This document shows, one piece after another, positions 48,001 through 61,800 of a stretch of DNA of 64,000 nt. The translations under genes and the position numbers were made by a program. Numbering within the stretch: the first letter of the stretch is position 1; every line of letters begins with the position of its first letter. The stretch is from Azolla caroliniana (taxonomy: Eukaryota > Plantae > Polypodiophyta), in NCBI GenBank assembly GCA_043228905.1, contig JBHGNT010000015.1, positions 19,592,001-19,656,000 on the forward strand. The letters are read 5' to 3'. Under the pieces are notes generated by a model. That model did no database searches, was not told where the DNA came from, and was given only the letters and a program-made list of their open reading frames with translations.

Positions 48001-51000
48001 GTTATCAATTGATAAATTTTGATTACACATGATGTTTTGGGGATCATCACAATGATATGGTTTCAGGAACATTTTCCAGCTTATATGGCATGTCTGGAGA
48101 ATACACTGCATAGTTCATGAAAAGATCCATATATATTTATGCCTGAGATGTTTGTTAGGCAAGCAACATATTCTTGTCTTATGAGGTTACTCTGGCTCTT
48201 TTAATTCATTGAAAATCTATTGTTTTCATTATGTCAGAGGAAGTTAAGCAACGCTGTGCCTATCTTGAAGACGAATTCACGGATATCCTGGAAACATGTC
48301 AAAAGAAGCTCAAGGTGAAATTTTTAAGTGACTAGATTTCTAGTTTGCAGAGTCAGCAGTTGTTAATAACGTGTTTTCTTATTTTGAGCAGGATATTCCA
48401 CAAGATTTGTTCACTGTTGAATCATTTAAAAATGCCTTTTCAGTGATTGTATCAAGAGCCATATATTTGCCATCTGCAGAACTTCATGCCTTGGTATCTC
48501 CACATTTCATTTCTTTCAATTTGTTTTTAAAAATCATGGAGTTCTTATATATGAAATCCCATCTCTAGTTGGTCTTCATTATGGTTTTGAAGTTTTACTA
48601 CAGGAGAATGTTTTGATCTTGTTGACACTTGAGACTTTTGTACAAAATAAATCTGTGCAGGAAACAGATGTGAAAAAACGTGTACTGAACTAATGATGAA
48701 ATCTCAATGTGGCTGGAATAGTTGAGTGAATTCACATTGAAGCAGATTGCATGGTTACATTTCAAACCTATGGCATAAGACTGTCAGATTTTTCAGATGT
48801 GCTACTGCTGTTGTAATAAGAGGTGCCTTCTAGTCCCAATCCAGAAACAAAAAAAGATTTAATTAGTTCACGTTGTTCAAAATATGAACATGAAAATTCT
48901 CAATGACAGCGTGTTCATAACCAATTAGCCCAATCTTGCACCCCATCTAGTATTTCCATCATTACTTGACAGTAGGTGTTAAATGTACGCTTTCCCATGG
49001 AAGGTTCTAGAAATCTACAGTTCCAGGATAACCTCAAAATGCTTTGAAAACATGTCCAACTTAGTCATCTTGCTCTTAGCAGCAGAGAAATTTGATGCAA
49101 CAAGACTATCTACAGCCCTTAAATGCTCTAATATAGGTTATTGTCAACGCCATTTCACTTGTCCTTTGATTCATGCACATTCGAAATTTCATACACACAT
49201 TAAGGAAATCCCTGTCAATATTGTCCAATTACTCTTTGCGATAAAATTGGAAGAAATGAAACATGCTGAGAATCGAGGTGAGAAACCAGAGAATGAGAAA
49301 TTTCAACTTGTAATGTGCTGAAAATAACTTTCAGCCAGACATGACACATTACTTGCCCTACCATCCCATGCTCATAACCAAGAAAATCAACATTAGAATC
49401 CCAAAAACCCGACTCCGAAGAGCCTTCAACTCTGCAGAGTCTTCGGCTCCAACGAGCTATCGACTCTAGTGAGCCTTCGAGTCACCTAATGTCCGCACCT
49501 TCCTAGTCCTTGTGTCCTCCTTGGTTCAAGTCCCTGGTGGTCCTGTTCAGATTTCACATGCATTTGAGTAACATCGTGACAATGTGTAAAATACATTAAA
49601 TACTTCTTAAAATATAATGTTTTTAAAAAGAAAATTATTTTGAGTGTGTTGAATACTTCGAACGTGTATTATAAAATGTACTATAAAGAAAATATTATAA
49701 AATGGAAGATCTAAAATGTAGACTCCTTCAGAGTATTCTAAACATAGAATACACGTTTTTTAACAACTATGCATGAAACAACGTTAGCAGGACACTAAAA
49801 GGTACACAATCTTACTATTTTCTGCTGAACCTAGTTGTTGCCTTATCTTTTATATGTTTAAACCTTTTTTAGTTGAACTCATCTTATGACATACTTATTA
49901 TCCTTTGTTTGTATCATTGTAGATATTTATTTGCATTTTGCATTAGTGAAGATCTTCCCTCTATATCATTGAAATCACTTCAAGGGGATTTAATGATATG
50001 GATTCTGTTTGGCAGGTTCCCTTTGGAGATGCTGTGAACATTAGTGGTGAAAGTGATACTTTGTTTGAATACAGTGTTGACCAGCAAGCGGTAACATTTT
50101 CTCTCTTTCATTTTATTATAACATTTTCTCTCATTCATTTTATTATAACGTTTTCTCTCTTTCATTTTATTAATGAGCTTTGAAGATTGAGAATATTCTG
50201 AGGAATATGTTTGAAACTTATTTTTGCTATGATCTTTTTCCAGTGTTCATACAAAGCTTGGTTACAATTTATCATAGGATATGTCTTCATGACTTAAATG
50301 AAGCTTAAATGGCCTAAATGGCTTATAGGGTCATTTGACATTATAAATTAATATAAAATTATAAATGGTAGCCTAACAACATTTTTTCACGCTATGTGCA
50401 GGCTTGAAGGAAGTCATATGTTTAAATGCTAGTTAAAAAGTATGAATACTTGTGTCCTCCTTGTTTTGTTTTGATTAGAGATTTCTGACTCATCATAAAA
50501 CATGGAGCTGAACACAGAAGTCCCTACACCCAAGTGTCTATCTTCCCAATGTAATGGCCTCAGCTTCAACAAAAGCGCTTCTAGAGGCCAATAAAGAAAA
50601 GAGTGAACAAACTTCATGGACTGAGCAAAACATCATCACTATCATGGAGAAATGTGTGCCTTGCATTGATGTCACATTGTAGTATTACTTGGCCAATTGG
50701 TAGATCCACCATTACAATTGCTAAACATTTGAACATAATTTAATATCACATCTCAGCCACATGATTTTACTTTTGTGATCCAATCTTCTCTAAACGCATT
50801 GATATTATTGTCTAGCACATTGGAGAAGAGATTTACATATTGTAGAAATGTTACCTTGTGTGCATGTTATGTTCTTAGTTTTCAAGCAATTCATGAATGA
50901 TGCCTTGACAAGTTATGGCTTAAGTCAGCCTGTACATTAAAACAATCAATGTTGAAACTTTATTTGCCATTTAGTTACTAGTTATTTGTTTGACAAAACC

Positions 51001-54000
51001 TCGTAGCAAGAAAGTGTGCATGAATTGTTGAAACCCAGGGATTCAACATGCACAGGAGGTAACATTTCTGTGATGATGTATTTTGCAAAAGAGCTATGAA
51101 ATTTGTTCTCCAATGTGCAAGGTAATAATAATAGCTTAGATGTGTCTAGAGGAGATTGGATCACAGAACTAGAGTCCTATGCTTACGTTACTTGTGGAAT
51201 TTTTGCTTGTCCAAGTAATACTACAATGTGAACAGTGGTGTGAAACATCTTTCTCCTTGACAGTGATGATGTATTTTGCGAAAGAGCTATGAAATTTGTT
51301 CTCCAATGTGCAAGATAATAATAATAGCTTAGATGTGTCTAGAGGAGATTGGATCACAGAACTAGAGTCCTATGGTTACGTTACTTGTGGAATTTTTGCT
51401 TGGTCCATGAACTGTGCTGTCTCTTTTTTTATTGACCTCTAGAATTGTTTTTGTAGAAGTCGAGGACATTGAGTTGGGCAAAGATAGAGAGTTAGGCGTA
51501 GGGGTTTCCATGCTGAACTCCATGTTTTATGATGAATCAAAAATCTGTATTGCAAAAAATGAATTCATTATTACTAGTAGATCCTCAACACTAATCAAAA
51601 CAGTCTAGGGAAAACACATGTATTCGTACCTTTTAACTAACTTTTATAGAAGTGACTTCCTTTTTACCTACACAAAGACTGAGATAACTTAAAGAGAGGT
51701 TTTATGGTTTATGATTTTATATTAATTTATAACGTCAAACAATACTATAAGCCATTTAAGTGGTGATTTCAAACTTTATAAATTGTGAAATATTAAACCA
51801 ATACAATTTCGAACTGAACTGCTATCCCTCAAGCTAAACAAAACCCAAACGGAATCGTTGACCCATTTTGGATCTTGGAACAAACTGAACTAAAGCATTA
51901 AACCATGGTTTTATGGTTTCAATGTTTTGGCTCAAACCAAACTGTTGCCTATTTCTTGTCATACATATAGTTTTGTAATATAGTTTCCATATCCCAAATC
52001 TCAGTTCTTGGTATACATTGTTTATTTTTTTTTCTAGGTGGTGTTGAGTTTGGAGAAAAACCATAGGCAGGGAGAACAGGTGCTTGTGACTTATGGGCAA
52101 AATCGACCAAATTCTGACTTATTAATCAGGTTTTCCATAATAGTCCTGTATTGGGATTCATGAATCATAGAACATAGTTAATTTTATGATTAAGGATGAA
52201 GTTAATGTTCAGTGTAATCTTATCTGTTCAGAGTTTTTAATTTATTGTGATTATTGTTCCGCTCTCTGTATGGGGACAACATGTATTTGTTTTACTAGCT
52301 ATCTTCTACATATATTTGCTTTACATATAAATATGGAGTTTATAATCGAAGTTAAAGAAAACCTTTATGCTTTTTATTGTTTCAGCTATGGTATCGTGGA
52401 CGAGAACAACACAAATGATTTTCTTTCGATAGAGGTTAATGAAATCTTCCTATCTTATAGAGAAAGGCAATTATACTTGCATCTTCATAATGATACGAAT
52501 TCCACATCTTCGTAAAATTCCACAGGTTGGACTGGTACAGGGTGATCCCTTGCGATCACTGAAGTTACAAATATTACAAGTAGCCAATTTCCAAGATGAG
52601 CAGGAATTCCCTCTTTATCTTGACCGGTTCCCAACCCAGGTGTGTATTGGCCTATATGTTCTCACTCAGTTTCTTTCGTGTATGTGTAGTGCATATGTTG
52701 AAGGAAACATTGCATTCTTTAATGTTAATATAAGAAATATTAAACAGAATTGCAAACGTTTCAGCAAAATTGTCTTGCGCTAACACAAAATGACAAATAT
52801 TACAGCTGGTGTCTATTTATCTCATGGGTGGAATGATAAGGGTTACATGGGACAAGTTTGCACAAGTCAGAATAATCATTGATGTGGAATTTTATATCGC
52901 TTAATAGGTCCTTTTGCATATGATTTTTTTCTCACATTTTATGTACATTTGTACCGTGATTTATTATGACCTTTTTAATAATGAAAAATCCAAATACTGA
53001 AATAAATTTGACAGTCATATTTTTAAAAGAAATAAATGCTTTGGGTAAATATAGGGCCATAGATTGACATATTCGCATTCGTTGGGTTTCCCATTCGAAT
53101 GCAAACGAATACGAATACGAATGGGTAGTCAAGTATTCGTTAACCCCCCCCCCCCCCCCAAAATAAAACAAAAAAAAACTTTTTTTTAAAAAAGGTCCTA
53201 AGATAAAAAGAAAGGAACTTAACAATAAATAGGGATAATAAAAGAGGGACTTTGGGGACTTTACACTACTAAAATTTTATAATAAATGTATAACTTATAA
53301 GTATTTTTTTAAATTATTAATAAATAAAAAAAATAAAATAAAGGCTCATTAATTTCTCACTTTTTATTTCCTCAAAATTTATGGATATTTTTATCGTGAC
53401 ATTAAAAATACTTTAAACTAATCATATCTTCAAAGTTCATACTAATTAGTAATCATATTTGTATAATAGTATAAAAATATTCGTTTTAAAAAAATTAATT
53501 AATTAAAATAAGTTTCATAAACTCTCTTGACACTATAATCTATAAATGAATAATTGTTTTTTTGGTGAAATATATTTATTTAAATAAATAAATAATTTTT
53601 TATATTTATTTTACAAAACGAATGGTTTTTTAATATTCTTGGGGCCATTTTGTATTCTCGAATATGGAGAATATTGCGCATGGAGAATATCACGAATATC
53701 ACGCATGTGTCAATCTATGTATAGGGCATACAAGTTTGTTCAGACACTTAATAGATTTTTGAAAGACTTTTTCCAGCATTTAAATTTCCTCATTCTCTCA
53801 AAAATTTTCTATGAATTCTGTGCAACCTTTTTTCAGTTTCCATTTCTAGTACAAGGAGCTCTTATGCATATACCACTCTTAGGAATATGATATTTGTCCA
53901 GTCTTAGTTTATGAACATGTGAAATTTATGCTACATGTATTTGGTATTCCTATGATTCGATATTGTTTCTTTGTTATGTCCGGATTCAGACTGCATTCGT

Positions 54001-57000
54001 TTTCTATTTTGTTCTCATATATCCATGTATTAAATATATGGGCGAATTGTATATCAACACAAACCTATCCCTTGTCTTTGCAGTTGTTGTCATACATGAG
54101 GCTAGCGCGGCTGCAGGATTCAGGCTTAATTGCAAAGATCTCATTTGATAGGGATATTATTGTAAACGAGGTATACAAATGATCCTAACTATCAAAATCT
54201 GGATATTATCATAAGTCAGGTATACAAAATTTAGTTATATAAAGCTATCTAAATTTTATTCTTCTATCCTTCAAAGAGATGACTTCATACATGTATGCAT
54301 GCCTTGAAACATTGATCATAATATTGAGCCAATGAATTCTCATGGAAGATATATAAATGTCTTTCAAGAGGCTAAATGACCTATCAGGTCTAACAAGAGA
54401 TTGAAATGGTGTCTCATCTTTGAGAACTATAGGTTAAAAGAAATATAACTAAATTAGTGGAACTGCCTAAGTTACTAGAGAATCTTGGTAGCGAAGCACC
54501 TAATATTTTGAACTTAGATAGATTGAAACTTCGGCCTTGAAATATTTCTAATATGGGCCAATCCAAGATGGAGATATCTCTGATGTGAGAGAACCACCTT
54601 TGAGATTGAGTGATAATGGCCTTTATCTGTGGATAACAAGTGTGATGGGGTTGTGATCTAGACAGCCTGGTGTACTTGCATGAAAAATAGTTAATGTTGA
54701 ACCTATTGTAACCCCTCTCAACAGATGTGGTCAAGACCCTAGCATGAGAAGAAGTGATGGAGATAAAGAAAGTTGTGGTGGTTTTTTGTTCATGGACTAT
54801 TGTAGTTTTATCGTCTTCCTACAACTTCTCTCAATGTCTCTTTTCTAGAAAGAATGGTCCCAAGCATTGTTGGTCTTTGAGTTCCATTACTTGTGAGAGG
54901 CATTAGTATATCCCTCTTATTCCATGAAAAAACATCACAATGGCAAACATGGTGTTCCCCTGATTCCACACCCCAATGGCACCATTGGTAGGTCCATTAA
55001 TCCATATATTTTCATGCATATCTACCTATCTCAATCTCTAATGTTAAAAGGTCCTGAGCTGCCTTATCACACTCTAGAGCACATGTGATAGATGTGTATC
55101 CATATCAAGTGCCTGATGACAAATCCATCTTTCAATGTGTGTAAAAAGACTGCTTTATATTGCCATCTTGTAACCAAGAGCCATTGTGGGGCTGGTCCAT
55201 GTTCTTTCATTGTCCAATCTAACTATGGATGAATCTTGTTAAAATCTGGTATTATGGATTGATCTATCTCTCTGGGTTTCTAGAAATTCATCTTGATTCG
55301 AAATCTTGCAAAAAAAGCTGTGATGAATTTCATTAAAAATGTGGTGATGTAGGGTGTAGTGCATTTAACATTTGTGCCATGTGATTGGAACCATTCTTGC
55401 CTTTCAGTGTACCAACAATGTCTACTTTTGTATTGGGCCAGCTGTTTTGATAACAAAACTGCCAATCTTGAGTGTTTTTGTTTCTGGAGCTCCCAAATCC
55501 ACTGGATACTGGTGACTGATCAGAATAGTGCTTTGGTTACTATTGGGGCTGCTCCCATCTCTCCGTGGATTATATCATGGGGAACTGATGCTTTGCTTCT
55601 TATCATGCAGGTAATCAATCTGCTGAGTTATTGACTGTGTGTCCTGTAATGATTAGGTATCATGTGTTCTACTCTCTTGAAGATTGATAGAATGGAATGT
55701 TCTATCCACCTAGTAAGGAAACCTTGCTGCATAGTTCTATTAAAGATGTGTGCAAGAAGTGGAACTAAGGTGTCACGGTGTAGATAAAGTGCTCAGGACC
55801 AATAAATCTTAATCTTGGGCCTTTTCAAATTGTAACTGATGATTGGCATTTCTCAGTGTTTGTGGAGTAAAAAAAGGTGTATTTACGTGGGCGTGAGCTT
55901 GTGGGTTGGGGGAGGGCTGCTTGGAAATGCAAGCCCTCACTGAGGTGAAGTGTGCTGGTTTGCCTCACATTAAACAATTTCCATGCTCTATTACTTTCTT
56001 TTCTGAGGAACATGTACTTGCTTCAAATTTGGAAAAATATGATATCTTCTTCCTCACAAAGTGTTGGAAGGGTGCTATGTGTATGCATGTTTTTGTACAG
56101 AAAGCTAGACCTGTTTGAGTAAAGTTTTGCATATCCTACATGCATGAAGTGTATGGCAAAATCTATGCTGCTTGATATGGACTTCCAAGTGTAGTGAATG
56201 TTTATGCTCTTATATTTTTAGTTTTAAACTTTGGTTATTGATTTGTTTCTTTTATTGTGCTTCTTTCTTCTCTCTCATTCATTGAATAGCAATTCCTTTT
56301 ATAGGCCAGTACATGCATACATTTCCATTATGAGATTTTCAGAAGGTATTCTCAACACTCTTTAACAGAAATCAGGATATTTTTTCTTGATGCAGGCGAA
56401 TGAATATGAAGTTCTTACACTGCTTCTGGCTGAATGTCGCAACCGTCTCTCAAATTTTGACAGAAGTCTAGATGATGAATTACAATTAGTTAATAGCAAG
56501 GTAAGGAAGTTTTTTGAGAGTTATGATTACATATGAATTTTAAGTCATGAAGATAATCAATGAAAGGTTTGAGTTTATCGTTTATAGGATATATCAGCCA
56601 AAGAGAAGCTAATGAACTAAAGGTTTGAGCTCATCTTTTGTAGGATATATCAGCCAAGGAGAAGGTAGCAGCGAAACTACGATGCTGTGAACAAAAAATA
56701 TTGACTAATACAATGGCTGCTCTCCGAACACGGCTTGGCCCAATTAGAGGTGTTCCAACTAAAAGTGGTATGAAGGTAAACAAGTCATTATGAACAACCT
56801 AATGTAAATAAACCTAGGATAAGGTATGATCATTAACAAATATGAAACGTTATATCAACGTTTGAGACCAAGTAATTTCCATCTAGCGAGATTTGATATA
56901 TAATGTCTATTCTGAATGTGCTATTTAAACTCTATATGGGATGAAAAGCATCTGCTTGAGATGAAATTTTCTTCTTCGTTACTTATTTGCTAATAGATAT

Positions 57001-57299
57001 GTACCATATATATTATGCTTGGTCAAAGTTGAGGCTCTTAATCATATATATAATTAAGACTAAACACATAACTATACCTGGAGCATATTTAGGTAATTTC
57101 CTCTGATTTGATTATCTTTTCATCGTGTTATTTCGTAAGCAACTAGCCCATGATCTCTTGCGAGACACATGCTATTGATTTTTATTTTCAGGACCGTAAT
57201 TCAGACATCAAGGACATGTTTGGGCTTATGGAGCAAGTTGCCTCAGCTCCACAAAACTTTCTCTCAAATCTCATGAAAGGCAATGATAAAAAATTATGA
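45044..57299 (+). CDS. SET-domain protein lysine methyltransferase of the Rubisco LSMT family, probably plastid-targeted, 14 exons
   Basis: Exons: 45044-45367, 46306-46368, 47046-47136, 47553-47720, 48238-48314, 48392-48493, 50016-50090, 52038-52129, 52386-52434, 52526-52639, 54084-54170, 56396-56500, 56644-56775, 57192-57299. It has a Ser/Pro/Arg-rich transit-peptide-like N-terminus. Motifs include SLWYPYL, IVSRA, LVPFGDAVN, GEQVLVTYG..NSDLLISYG and LLSYMRL. Confidence 0.9.
50321..51752. mobile_element. Old long-TIR (Mutator-like) non-autonomous element in SET gene intron 7
   Basis: About 50321-50640 is a degenerate reverse complement of about 51385-51752 (tcatcataaaacatggag / ctccatgttttatgatga; ttataaattaatataaaa / ttttatattaatttataa). 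An internal direct duplication has a period of about 193 bp (about 51070 and 51263). Confidence 0.7.
53058..53719. mobile_element. hAT-type MITE, 662 bp, in SET gene intron 10
   Basis: The 12-bp TIR is CATAGATTGACA / TGTCAATCTATG. A perfect 8-bp TSD TATAGGGC lies at 53050-53057 and 53720-53727. Subterminal (C)GAATA repeats flank an AT-rich core. Confidence 0.93.
54410..56150 (-). mobile_element. Degenerate LINE (RT and 3' region) antisense in SET gene intron 11
   Basis: The minus-strand translation LVPLLAHIFNRTMQQGF..W..SI..IFK...PNHYRT at about 55630-55770 matches the start of a non-LTR RT. The 3' part is homologous to 63260-63600. Confidence 0.72.
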
Positions 57300-58894
57300 A
57301 GAAATGATTGCACCAAATGTCTGAACTCGAAAATTTCTTGCACCTATGGTAGATCCATGTAAAATGTAAATAGAGGAAATATTTTGTACAACAATTTAGA
57401 CTATGATTGTAAATTTGCAAAATCACACATGTGATGCAAAATGTCCAATCGATGAACCTCTTGGGTGGAGAGATAATGTCCTTGAGCCTTCTATAAAGTG
57501 TTGCTTTTCATAAAGCAATTTAATTGTTTCCAAGGTTGAAAGTCACTAGCATTTTCCTACGAGTGAAACATCGGTGTGCATAATCTCAAACTCAAAATAT
57601 TATATTTTTAATGTTTTAACACATCATCATTGTCCATGGCCATTGTGTGCGACTTCAACCCACAATGTGAGCCATTCCATCACAACACTACGTTATATAT
57701 TAAAATTAAATATTTTTATTAAAGTAAGCTTGATTGAGGTCTTGTGGTTGTTTGAAGTTTGTTATATGTGGTGTAATGAGATGTTTCCACATTGATACTC
57801 TGTATATTTTGAACACAATCCAATTATATCACGTGTCCAAAGCTTGCTTTGAATATACGAGATAATGAATCCTTTTGACATATCAACCTTGCTAGTAGTA
57901 CAAAAACTATTATGAAAGGATGACAAGGTTTTTGTAATCATTAAACCCAAGAGGAAATTACACAAATTCAATAAACCAATCCTTCTAGTAAAATTTGTAC
58001 ACTTGAGGATCATTCTCCAATCTTATTCAGTTCCATCATGATTTGGATAGGAGAAAAATATCTCCAAAGAATGGGGTAGGGTATTGTGGCAAGTGGATAT
58101 GAATATCGAGGAAGGCCAACAATAAATAAAAGAAATGAAACTCGCATCAAGGGGGGATAGGTCAAGATAAAAAGTAAATACACATGTTGATAGTACTGCA
58201 CAATCAACACATGATGACAAGTGATAGACGGGAAAAGAAAAAGTTGGCACAAAAAAGGTGACGAGACACTGATGTCTTTTTAGTTTTTCGGGGCTTGGGT
58301 TTTCTGGACTTACTATCCACTTACTACCGATTTATAGATTGAGGTGAGAAACTTGAAGTGGGTATATTGTAGCTCTCGCATGCCAGAAGCTCTCCGGCTC
58401 GAAAAGATTGATGCAGTTGTGTGACAAAAAGCTTTACGAATGAAATGCCCACGAACCTTGTGGCACTACTCCAATGGGCTAATTTTAGACTTCCAATAAT
58501 GTGCATTTTTACGTTCGGCTAACAAACTAAAACTACGTTCACATCATGACGGTTTTTTTCGTGGGGGGCTTTTTTGTTTTGTCGGCGTCGCCCTTGAATG
58601 CCTGGCAAGAGAAGTTATTTGATATAAACATCATCATCATCCACTTGGAAAAAATGAACCCAAAAATATTGTGCTGTCTTTTGATTATTTATCATTTGAT
58701 CCAAAGAGCATATTTGGAAAGATAAATAAATTGATTGTTTACTTAAAGCAGGCAGACTTTAGAAAATGGAATGTATGCATATGCATTTAAGGGTGATGTC
58801 TTTTGTTGGATCAATCTGAGAGACTGAAGAGAAGAGAGACACTGAGATTGAAGAACAGAGGACAGGGAACTCTCTGCTTATTTATTGAGCTTTT

Positions 58895-61800
58895 ATGGCT
58901 ATCATCGATCCTCCTGGAGAGAAGCTCCTGCCAGGTTGCTCTTCCGACCGCTGGGGATATCAAATCCATACTTCCTCGGATCAATGTATTCAACACATCA
59001 ATTCTCACTACTTGGAGGTCTGCTTCTATTAGATTTCTTAATGTTTGATGATTCGAGGCATGGTGTTTTGCCAATCCTGCCACCTGTCTGTATCAATCTT
59101 CCTGTTTATGCTCAAAAGAAAATAAATATCTGAAGCTAAAATATTTCATAATCCAGAAAGGCAGATATGTAGCTTAAAGGTGTTCCATGAATAACAGAAA
59201 TGGAAATTGTACTAAGCACAAGGCTTATGAAAACCCATTTTCTTAAATCGCGTTTCCTTCATCAGATTAGTTTTTTTTCTAGTGATTGTTCTCTCTGTTT
59301 ATATCTCTCTTTACAGGTTTTATCATATGGAGCTAATCAGAAGATCATCCATAAAGCTGTGGAAGATGACCATAGCTGTGCTCTTGCACTTGCTTTATCT
59401 GCTGTACATTCCTATAAAAGTAATACAAATGATGCCTTGATCCATTTGGCGGAAGCTAAGAGCTATCTGGTAACTAAATCAAGATTTTGGTGCATTCTAA
59501 ATTGCATAATTTATGTTCTCCTTGATGTGAAAGACCTCATTTCAATGAAAGTTGATACTGAAATTATAACTGTGCTTGAGCATCAATGACAGTTGATTGC
59601 TCAGACTTCGTTGTTGGATGATGATTTAATTCGTTGGGTTCCCTCTGCTCTGTTTGCAACTGTTAACTAGTATATATTATAAATAAATAAATAAATATAT
59701 TATTTCGGTTTGTCCACTTTCTTTTCAGCTTATATTTTGAGCCTTATGTTAGGACTTCCATGTGCTAAAATCTGTTGCCTTCACTTCTGTCTGTGGACTT
59801 AAAAAAGGTAGCAATGCTCAATTGTATTGCAGATAGATGCAACCCCTTACGAGAGGAGTATAATAGCCGCTGCGGAGGCATTAATAGAAGGCCAGTGGGA
59901 GGCTGCTATAAGCGCTTATACAAAGGTATTAATAGGCCATTACCCCTTAGCACAAGAATAGTGAATATGTGAAACTCACACATCTTGAATTCAGGTGTTG
60001 GATGAGTTCCCGAAAGATTTGGTTTCCTTGAAAAGGGCTCAGGTGCTTTGCTTCTATAGAGGGAAATCTGATGAATCTTTGAGACTTGCTCAAAAGGTAT
60101 GATGTTTTTGTAAGATATCTTTCTTGTCTTCACCATGATCAAATCCTGAAATCTGGGGGTTTCTGTTGTAACTGGGAATTTTTGCCATCATCATTACTTA
60201 GTTTGTACAACACATCTTTAAATGTGATAGAATGTTTTTTGAATTACTTTTATGATCCTTGACCTACTCTTGTCACTTATAACGGATTAGGATAATGTCG
60301 CTTTCATGCTGCACATGATGAGGTTGTTGATTGTATATTTTATTGAGCTAGTCTCTCTAGAGGTAAATATTGCTCTTTTAGCCTTTGTATTTGTTTGAAT
60401 GTTTTCCACTTTGTTTTCTTTTATTATTATCTTTGCTTTCTGTCCTCTTTTGCATTCCATTTTCCCATCTTTTGGGGGCGTTCTCTTTTCTTTTATATTT
60501 GAAGTTCTTATGTTTTCTTGTTTGCCATCATAATGCTGAGTCTTCCCATCACATCTTGAAATGTAATAGAAAATTGCTCCATTGGTTCTTCTATGAGTCT
60601 ACACCTAGTCTACACCTATGGTGGGGAATTGGTGACAAGTAAGGGCAATGCAACTTTTTCCCTCGATTTGCATCACGATGCTGAAATTCTTGCACCTTCT
60701 TGACCTGCAGACTCTAGAGTTCAAGAACCTGCTGTTAACATTTCTGTTTGTAAACATGCTTCTACTTTATTTGCGTTTATTTAATATTTTTTTGGATTTG
60801 ATTTTATAACTCTCTCTTTTTGTTTTTTTGGGTTTATCTGTAGCGTTATTATTGTAACATTAAAATCTTGGTTTGGATTTGTGAGACTGTGTATATTGTC
60901 TTTGGTCATGTTTTTATGTTCTGTTTAGTCTTTATGTTGTTAATTCTTAGTCTTGGTTTAAATTTATAAACCTTTATATATTATTCTGGACAGGTTCTTC
61001 CAGCTAATAAAGATTCACCTTATATATATGGAATGCTTGCATTTTCCCTTTTGGAAACACGGCGTTTCGATGAAGCAGAAGCAGCAGCCAAAACAGCTCT
61101 TGACATAGAGAGGACTGATCAATGGGCCCAACATGCTGTATGAGAAAAGACTTTCTCTCTTTCGTGTTTTTCTATTATGGCCTGGGTTATATTCAACTGG
61201 TTAACGTTTCCTGTTTTATGCAGCTCTGTCATGTTTACCAATACAGATGCCTTTTTCATGATGCTATTATATTCATGGAGAGGAACAAACTGTTGTGGAA
61301 CAATTGCTGCTCTTTTATGTAACCGTGAGAGGGGCACACTATTCATTACTTCCTCAGTTTGATTTTTTGCTCAAATTTTCCTCATTTTCATTTTAACCGT
61401 TTGATTTTGATATTGGCAATAGGTACAGTCACAATTGGTGGCATCTGGCTCTTTTATACATGGACTGGGGTTGTAGTTATGCATTAAACAAAGTTGTTGA
61501 GATATTTGATATCCATATATGGCCTGCCCGATGCCGGGATCTGGGAGGCTCTGTACAGGTGGTTAGCATAAAACCATTTTGTGCCTTCTTGTAGCTCATT
61601 TTAGTGTCCTGTATTGTGCACCTTAATGGTGATGCGAAACGTTAACTGAAACCAGCAAATTATTGCAGAGGAAACATGGTGAAGAGCCAAAATATAGCTC
61701 TTCAACAGTTTTTTTAGCAATATTTTGCTCATTCTAATACTTATTTCTATCTTGAAGACTTCCTGATCCTCATGTTCACTCTTGCAAGATAATCCAAAGA

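Noticed and set aside
49410-49482. Degenerate repeat of about 19 bp (gactccgaagagccttc) in SET intron 6
   Set aside because: It is real but short and degenerate, and no function or element could be assigned.
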